Positions 57,878-64,000 of a stretch of DNA of 64,000 nucleotides are shown here, in pieces. A program made the position numbers and the translations under genes. Source of the stretch: an uncultured Actinomycetota bacterium (lineage in GTDB: Bacteria; Actinomycetota; Actinomycetes; Actinomycetales; Micrococcaceae); the NCBI GenBank assembly GCA_963775715.1, contig CAVZJX010000001.1:152336-216335 (forward strand), given 5' to 3'. The number at the start of each line of letters is the position of its first letter. Position 1 is the first letter of the stretch. The notes under the pieces were generated by a model. The model was not told the origin of the DNA. It saw nothing but the letters and a program-made list of their open reading frames with translations, and did not search any database.

Positions 57878-60067
57878 ATGGCCGATATTCAGAACGCTGC
57901 AGTCCTTTCCGCTCCCGAGTCCCGCCCCGCCGGGGGCCCCGGGACGCGCGAACAGGCCCAGGCGGTGCTTCGGGAGCTGGTGGGCCGCCCCGGCGCGGAG
58001 TTCCACGACGGGCAGTTCGAGGCCATCGAGGCGCTCGTCGACGGCGGCCGCCGCGCCCTCGTCGTGCAGCGTACCGGCTGGGGGAAATCGGCCGTCTACT
58101 TCGTCGCGTCCCTGCTGCTTCGCCGCCGCGGCGCCGGGCCCACGCTGATTGTGTCCCCGCTGCTGGCGCTGATGCGCGACCAGGTCGCCGCCGCCGCACG
58201 CGCCGGCGTCCGTGCCGTGGCCATCAACTCGGCCAACCAGCTCGAGTGGGACAGCGTCCGCGAACAGCTCGCCGCCGACGAGGTGGATGTGCTGCTCGTA
58301 TCCCCGGAGCGGCTTACCAACCCCTCGTTCCGGGAGAACCAGCTGCCGGAACTGGTCCGCCGGACCGGGCTGCTGGTCATCGATGAGGCGCACTGCATCT
58401 CGGACTGGGGCCACGACTTCCGGCCCGACTACCGCCGGATCGCGGACCTGATCACCCAGCTTCCGGACAGCGTTCCGGTCCTGGCCACGACCGCCACCGC
58501 CAACTCCCGGGTGGTCCACGACATCGAGGAACAGCTCGGCGCGGGCGTCCTGACGATCCGTGGCGCCCTGGGCCGTGAGTCGCTGCGGCTGGGCGTGCTG
58601 CGGCTGCCCGACTCCCGCGAACGGCTCGGCTGGCTGCTCACCCATCTGGGGGACCTTCCCGGCAGCGGCATCATTTACACCCTCACGGTGTCCGCGGCGG
58701 AAGACACCGCCCGGCTCCTGGCGGAGGCCGGCCACGAAGTGCTCGCCTACACCGGCCGGACGGATCCCGCGGACCGCGAACGCGCCGAGCAGCTGCTCAA
58801 GGACAACCAGGTGAAGGCCCTGGTGGCCACGTCCGCCCTTGGCATGGGCTTCGACAAGCCGGACCTCGGCTTCGTGGTGCACCTTGGCGCACCGTCGTCG
58901 CCGGTGGCTTACTACCAGCAGGTCGGACGCGCCGGCCGCGGCGCCGCCAACGCGGACGTGCTGCTGCTTCCCGGCTCCGAAGACCGCGACATCTGGCAGT
59001 ACTTCGCCACCGCGTCGATGCCCTCCGAGGAAAAGGCTTCGGCCGTCCTGACCGCCCTGGCCGAGGCGGGCGCGGCGGTGTCCACCGTCGCGCTTGAGGC
59101 GCGGGTGGACCTGCGCCGGACGCCACTGGAGCTGCTGCTGAAGGTGCTGGCAGTGGACGGGGCGGTCGAGCGCGTGGGCGGCGGCTGGCGCTCCACCGGA
59201 CAGCCCTGGACCTACGACGCCGAACGGTACAGCCGGATCGCCGAGGCCCGCGTCGACGAGCAGGATTCCATGGTGATCTACCAGGACACGGCGGGCTGCC
59301 GGATGGAATACATCACTTCCGTCCTCGACGACGAGACGGCGACGGCGTGCGGCCGCTGCGACAACTGCGCCGGCCGGTGGTTCCCGGCCGATATCGCCGC
59401 CGACGCCACCGAAGCGGCGGGGGCGACCCTGAGCCGTGCCGGAATGGTGCTGGAACCCCGGCTGCAGTGGCCCAGCGGCATGGACCGGCTGGGAGTGAAC
59501 GTGAAGGGCAAAATCAAGCCGGAGGAAAGCCTGGCCAACGGCCGTGTGCTGGCCCGGCTGACGGACCTCGGCTGGGGCGGCGCGCTGCGCGAGACTTTCG
59601 CCGCGGGCGCGCCCGACCGGACCGTGGATCCCGGCATGCTGCGGGCCTGCGTGCAGGTCCTGCGCGAGTGGGGCACCGGCGATTCCCGCAATCCCGGCTG
59701 GAGCGGAGCCGGCCGGCCGGCCGCGATCGTCAGCGTCCCGTCCCGCGGCAAGCCCGAGCTGGTGGAGTCGCTGGCCCGAGGCATCTCCGAGATCGGCCGG
59801 ATCCCCTACCTGGGCCAGCTGCAGCTGGCGCACGGCGGGCCCACGGGCGGCCGCGGCGGCAACAGCGCCTACCGGCTCGCCGGAGTCTGGGACCGCCTCG
59901 TTGTGGGACCTGAGCTGGCTGCTGCCCTGGATGGCATGCAGGGCCAAAGCGTCATGCTGGTGGACGACCTGGTGGATAGCCGCTGGACCGTGACGGTGGC
60001 CGGGCGGGCCCTCCGGCTCGCCGGGGCGGGGGCGGTGCTGCCGCTCGTACTCGGCCAGGCCGGCTAG
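57878..60067 (+). CDS. RecQ family ATP-dependent DNA helicase (with C-terminal PRT-like domain)
   Basis: QRTGWGKS, IDEAHCISDWGHDFRPDY, QQVGRAGR, CGRCDNC; true start MADIQ at 57878. Confidence 0.93.
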   Translation: MADIQNAAVLSAPESRPAGGPGTREQAQAVLRELVGRPGAEFHDGQFEAIEALVDGGRRALVVQRTGWGKSAVYFVASLLLRRRGAGPTLIVSPLLALMRDQVAAAARAGVRAVAINSANQLEWDSVREQLAADEVDVLLVSPERLTNPSFRENQLPELVRRTGLLVIDEAHCISDWGHDFRPDYRRIADLITQLPDSVPVLATTATANSRVVHDIEEQLGAGVLTIRGALGRESLRLGVLRLPDSRERLGWLLTHLGDLPGSGIIYTLTVSAAEDTARLLAEAGHEVLAYTGRTDPADRERAEQLLKDNQVKALVATSALGMGFDKPDLGFVVHLGAPSSPVAYYQQVGRAGRGAANADVLLLPGSEDRDIWQYFATASMPSEEKASAVLTALAEAGAAVSTVALEARVDLRRTPLELLLKVLAVDGAVERVGGGWRSTGQPWTYDAERYSRIAEARVDEQDSMVIYQDTAGCRMEYITSVLDDETATACGRCDNCAGRWFPADIAADATEAAGATLSRAGMVLEPRLQWPSGMDRLGVNVKGKIKPEESLANGRVLARLTDLGWGGALRETFAAGAPDRTVDPGMLRACVQVLREWGTGDSRNPGWSGAGRPAAIVSVPSRGKPELVESLARGISEIGRIPYLGQLQLAHGGPTGGRGGNSAYRLAGVWDRLVVGPELAAALDGMQGQSVMLVDDLVDSRWTVTVAGRALRLAGAGAVLPLVLGQAG

Positions 60068-60069
60068 GT

Positions 60070-61761
60070 TCAGCCGCGGCGCGGTTGCTCCGCCTCCAGC
60101 ACCGCCATGGCGGCGTTGTGGCCAGCGATCGCGCTGACCGCCCCGCCGCGGCGCGCGCCGGACCCGCAGAGCAGGAGCTGCGGATCGTCCGTGGCCACAC
60201 CCCAGCGCTGCGCCGGCGTGTCCAGGGGCGTGTCATCGTCCACAAACGGCCAGTCGAGGCCGCCGTGGAAGATATTGCCGCGCGGCATACCGACGGCCCG
60301 TTCGATGTCCAGCGTCGTCTTGGTCTCAATGCACGGCCGGCCGTCGGGACCGGTGAGGATCAGCGCCTCGACCGGTTCGGCCAGGACGCTGTTGAGCGAC
60401 CGCAGCACGGCCGCCTGCAATTCGGCCCGCCGGTCCTCGTTGTTCGCCGCCGTAACCAGCCGGTCCGGGACGTGCAGGCCGAAGACCGTGAGCGTCTGCG
60501 CCCCCGCGGCCCGCAACTCCGGGGACAGGATCGAAGGGTCGGTCAACGAATGGCAGTAGATCTCGCACGGCAGGGGCTCCGGCACGGTCCCGGCGGCCGC
60601 GCTGAGGTAGGCCGCGTCCAGCTGGGACCACGTCTCGTTGATGTGGAAGGTGCCGCCGAAGGCCGCCTCCGGACTGACGGAGTCGTCCAGCAGCCGTGGC
60701 AACCGCCGGAGCAGCAGATTTACCTTGACCTGGGCGCCCTCGCGCAGGTGGTTCGGGTTCCGCACTGCGTGCCCCGCGCCGCCGGCCACCCGCGCCCCGC
60801 GGTCCCCTGCGCCGGCCCCGCTAGCACCGGCACCGGCGCCGGCGCCGGCACCATCGGCCCCGGCGCTGCGCAACCGGTCCAGGACCACGGGCGCCACATT
60901 GGAGAGCACCCAGGGCGCGGACGCGGTGTGGTCTTCGCCCCCGTGCCGGTACCCGACAACGCCGCCGGGGCGGACCGAGGTGACCTCCGCCGACGTCAGG
61001 ATGGTCGTCCCGGACTCCCGCGCGGCGCGTTCCAGCTCCCCGGAAACCGCGCCCATCCCGCCGACGGGCACGTCCCAGTCGCCGGTACCGCCGCCGATCA
61101 GGTGGTACAGGAAGCAGATGTTCTGCTGCAGATCGGCGTCGTCGGCCCGGGCAAAGGTACCGATCAGGGCGTCGGTGAGCACGACGCCGCGGACCAGGTC
61201 GTTCCGGAGCGCCCCGGCGATGGCGTGCCCCACCGGACGCTCGATCATGGCATCCCACGCCTCCGCTGCTCCGGCCCCGACGGCGAGCGACTTCGCCGCG
61301 GTCCGGGTCGGCAGCGGGGCGGTCAGGGTGGGCCAGAGCGCCCGGGTGAGCCTCCCGCAGCTGTCATAAAACTCATTGAAGCCACGGAAGTCCTCCTCGG
61401 GCGCGCCGATCGAGGCGAAGGACGCCGCCGTGGCGGCGGCGTCTTCGTTGTCGACCAGCAGCGCCCGGCCGGGATTGGCCGGGTCCGGGGTGTAGGAGGA
61501 ATATCGCCGCCGGGCGAGCGTGATGCGCAGGCCCAGATCGTCGATGACCTGCTGCGGAAGCAGGCTTACAAGGTAGGAATAGCGTGAGAGCCTGGCCCCG
61601 ACGCCGTCGAACGCCTGCGCGGACACCGCCGCGCCGCCCGGTTGGTCGAGTCTTTCCAGGAGCAGGACCTCCCGGCCCGCCCGGGACAGGTACGCTGCCG
61701 CGGCCAGGCCGTTGTGGCCGCCGCCTACGATGATCGCGTCATACGCGTGGTTGATCGACAT
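60070..61761 (-). CDS. Phytoene desaturase-family FAD-dependent oxidoreductase
   Basis: IVGGGHNGLAAAAYL, LLERLDQPGGA, GNIFHG, LCGSGARRGG. Confidence 0.85.
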   Translation of the reverse strand: MSINHAYDAIIVGGGHNGLAAAAYLSRAGREVLLLERLDQPGGAAVSAQAFDGVGARLSRYSYLVSLLPQQVIDDLGLRITLARRRYSSYTPDPANPGRALLVDNEDAAATAASFASIGAPEEDFRGFNEFYDSCGRLTRALWPTLTAPLPTRTAAKSLAVGAGAAEAWDAMIERPVGHAIAGALRNDLVRGVVLTDALIGTFARADDADLQQNICFLYHLIGGGTGDWDVPVGGMGAVSGELERAARESGTTILTSAEVTSVRPGGVVGYRHGGEDHTASAPWVLSNVAPVVLDRLRSAGADGAGAGAGAGASGAGAGDRGARVAGGAGHAVRNPNHLREGAQVKVNLLLRRLPRLLDDSVSPEAAFGGTFHINETWSQLDAAYLSAAAGTVPEPLPCEIYCHSLTDPSILSPELRAAGAQTLTVFGLHVPDRLVTAANNEDRRAELQAAVLRSLNSVLAEPVEALILTGPDGRPCIETKTTLDIERAVGMPRGNIFHGGLDWPFVDDDTPLDTPAQRWGVATDDPQLLLCGSGARRGGAVSAIAGHNAAMAVLEAEQPRRG

Positions 61762-61815
61762 GCGCCCATCCTGCCACCCGGACGCTCGCGCCGGCCGCAT
61801 CCGGCCCGGGAACGC

Positions 61816-61842
61816 AAAAGGCCCCGGTCGAGGACCGGGGCC
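61816..61842 (-). terminator. Terminator downstream of tRNA-Ser(GCT)
   Basis: ggccccggtc-gag-gaccggggcc plus TTTT on the minus strand. Confidence 0.78.
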
Positions 61843-61847
61843 AAACG

Positions 61848-61935
61848 CGGAGACGGGGGGATTTGAACCCCCGGTGGAGTTGTGCCCCACACTTCATTAG
61901 CAGTGAAGCCCATTCGGCCGCTCTGGCACGTCTCC
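61848..61935 (-). tRNA. tRNA-Ser(GCT)
   Basis: GGAGACGTGCCAGAGCGGCCGAATGG..CT-GCT-AA, long variable arm, GGTTCAAATCC. Confidence 0.96.
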
Positions 61936-61993
61936 AATCGCTATTACTAGCCAACCAAGGATACGCAGAACGGGCCATGCAGTGCAAAACGGT

Positions 61994-62057
61994 CAACGCG
62001 GGGTCACTTACGGCCCGTCCCGGTCGCCGGGGACGGGCCGTAAGTGACCCCGCGTTG
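61994..62057. repeat. Long intergenic palindrome (REP-like or terminator)
   Basis: caacgcggggtcacttacggcccgtccc..gggacgggccgtaagtgaccccgcgttg. Confidence 0.75.
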
Positions 62058-62069
62058 CCGTGGGCGGGC

Positions 62070-64000
62070 CTACGCCGGCCGGCCCGCCAGGGCACGCCAG
62101 AGGAAATGCTGGCTGCGGCTTTGCAGGGCCGCGGCCTGCCGGTTGTCCGAGGCGCCCGCGTGGCCGCCCTCAAGGGCTTCGTGGAACCAGACGTTGGGGA
62201 TGCCCATCGCCTGCATCCGGGCGGCCATCTTCCGGGCCTGGACCGGGCCCACCCGGTCATCCGAGGTGGCGGTCCAGATAAACGTTTCCGGATACTCCAC
62301 CCCGTCGCGCAGCAGGTGGTAGGGCGAGAAGGTCCGGATGAACTCCCAGTGTTCGGGCACGTCCGGGTCGCCGTATTCGGCAATCCAGGAGTACCCGGCG
62401 GACAGCTTGCTGTACCGGCGCATGTCCAGCAGCGGCACCCCGCAGGAGACGGCGCCGAACAGTTCCGGGTACTGGGTGAGCATGTTCCCCACCAGCAGGC
62501 CGCCGTTGGAGCCGCCCACGCAGCCGAGCCGCTGGCGCGAGGTCACGCCGCGCGCGATCAGGTCCTGTGCGACGGCGGCGAAGTCCTCGTAGGCGCGGTG
62601 CCGCTTGGCCTGCAGCGCGGCGCGGTGCCAGGACGGACCGTACTCGCCGCCGCCGCGGATGTTCGCCACCACGTAGACCCCGCCGCGGCTGTGCGGGGCC
62701 TCGCCGTCGGCGCCCGCCGATTCCTCCGTGCGCCGCTCCAGCCAGGCCCGGCCGACCGCGCCGCTGTAGGCCGGGGTGCGGGAAATCTCGAAGCCGCCGT
62801 AGCCGGAGAGCTGCGTGGGGTTCTGCCCGTCCAGGACCAGGTCCTTGGCAGCGATCTGGAAGTAGGGGACCCGGGTCCCGTCCTTGGATACCGCGAAGTG
62901 CTGCTGGACCTCGTAGGCGTCCTCGTTGAAGAACGACGGCGCGGTCCGGACCACCTCGTGCGTGCTGACGACCCCGTCGGTGCCCTGGCGGGTCAGGGTT
63001 CCGCGGGTCAGGGTGCTCGGCGTGGCGAATCCGGTGGCCACCAACCAGAAGTCGTTCCCGGCAGCGTCGCCGCCGTCCCCGCCGCCGTCCCCGGCTCCGT
63101 CCTCGTCGTCGACGGCGTAGGCGTTGACGTCATGCAGCGGCGGGCAGGCGTCCAGCACGCTGGCGGCCCAGGCGACGTCGGTGCCCGGCCGCTGCGGGTC
63201 CAGCACCCGGATCTCGGAGGACACGTCGCGGAGCAGGTTCAACAGCAGGAAGTCCCGGGTCCAGCTCCAGGACTGCAGGGACGTGTGCTCATCCGGGGTG
63301 AACAGCACGGACAGCTCCCGGCTGCCGGCCAGGAAGTCCTCGAAGTTCGCCGCCAGCAGGGACCCGGCCGGGTAGCTGGTTCCGTCCACGTCCCATGCGC
63401 CCTGGGGACGGAAGAGCAGCCATTCGCGGTGCGAGCTGAGGTTGACGTCGGCGGGCACATCGAATTCGACCCAGACGCCGTCACGCAGCACCGAGGTGCG
63501 CTTTTCGAAGAAGCTGATCCAGTCGACGGCGAAGGTCCGTTCGAAGCCGGGGGTGGAATCGTGCGCCAGCAGCGCCATCATGTGGTCTTCGGGGATTTCG
63601 AAAAGCCGTTCGGCCGAGGCCAGGGATTCGCCGCGCCGCAGCACCACCCCGGTCCGGGCGTACGAGGAACTGGTCCGCGGAAGTCCTGCCGCGGTGCTCG
63701 CCACGAGCAGGGTGTCCGCGTCCAGCCACGCCGCGTTCCCTTTCGCGGTGGGAAGGTCAAAGCCGCCCTCCGCCGGGTCCACGAAGCTGCGGGTCTCGAC
63801 GTCGAACTCCCGGTAGCGGTTGGCGTCGCCGCCGTCGGGGGAGAGCGCCAGCAGGGCCAGACGGTGCGGCTGCCCGGCGGCGGGACGGAGGAAGCTGGCG
63901 CCGTGGAAGACCCACTCCTCGCCCTCGGCCGCGGCCAGTGCATCCAGGTCGAGGAGGACATCCCACTGCGGGGTGCCCGCCCGGTAGCTCGCCCAGTCGG
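62070..64000 (-). CDS. Prolyl oligopeptidase (S9A), 5' end outside the window
   Basis: GGSNGGLL (catalytic Ser), DDRV (Asp), GGHAG (His), YGGFEIS, NIRGGGEYG. Confidence 0.92.
   Translation of the reverse strand, partial: DWASYRAGTPQWDVLLDLDALAAAEGEEWVFHGASFLRPAAGQPHRLALLALSPDGGDANRYREFDVETRSFVDPAEGGFDLPTAKGNAAWLDADTLLVASTAAGLPRTSSSYARTGVVLRRGESLASAERLFEIPEDHMMALLAHDSTPGFERTFAVDWISFFEKRTSVLRDGVWVEFDVPADVNLSSHREWLLFRPQGAWDVDGTSYPAGSLLAANFEDFLAGSRELSVLFTPDEHTSLQSWSWTRDFLLLNLLRDVSSEIRVLDPQRPGTDVAWAASVLDACPPLHDVNAYAVDDEDGAGDGGGDGGDAAGNDFWLVATGFATPSTLTRGTLTRQGTDGVVSTHEVVRTAPSFFNEDAYEVQQHFAVSKDGTRVPYFQIAAKDLVLDGQNPTQLSGYGGFEISRTPAYSGAVGRAWLERRTEESAGADGEAPHSRGGVYVVANIRGGGEYGPSWHRAALQAKRHRAYEDFAAVAQDLIARGVTSRQRLGCVGGSNGGLLVGNMLTQYPELFGAVSCGVPLLDMRRYSKLSAGYSWIAEYGDPDVPEHWEFIRTFSPYHLLRDGVEYPETFIWTATSDDRVGPVQARKMAARMQAMGIPNVWFHEALEGGHAGASDNRQAAALQSRSQHFLWRALAGRPA

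Overview
High-GC actinobacterial chromosome, with gene content and intergenic palindromes typical of Arthrobacter/Micrococcaceae. Both flanks are housekeeping. Left: amidase, ppsA/ppsR and a large GGDEF-EAL protein. Right: a PTPS-like/dehydrogenase/glycosyltransferase trio, tadA, upp, a c-di-AMP-riboswitch-controlled lytic transglycosylase, a two-component system, YhgE/Pip, pckG, hmp/nsrR, phosphomannomutase, RecQ and three tRNAs. The main accessory feature is a ~21.7 kb integrative element (10251-32019) inserted at the 3' end of tRNA-Ser(CGA). It is bounded by an ~80 bp direct repeat (27 bp tRNA core plus a duplicated terminator) and has tandem TTTGCCAA arm-type repeats inside both ends. Its backbone is tyrosine integrase, excisionase, Rep_2 rolling-circle initiator, putative oriT, MobC, MOB_P-type relaxase and an overlapping MobB-like gene. 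There is no conjugation machinery, so it looks like an integrative mobilizable element. Its visibly AT-richer cargo looks like an uncharacterised anti-phage arsenal: three unrelated proteins with HEPN-type RxxxxH motifs, an HNH nuclease with C-terminal Cys ribbons, a stand-alone OLD-family ATPase/TOPRIM nuclease carrying an apparent SAP-domain insertion, an orphan YefM antitoxin and a GIY-YIG remnant. All family calls are from motif recognition by eye; no database searches were run.
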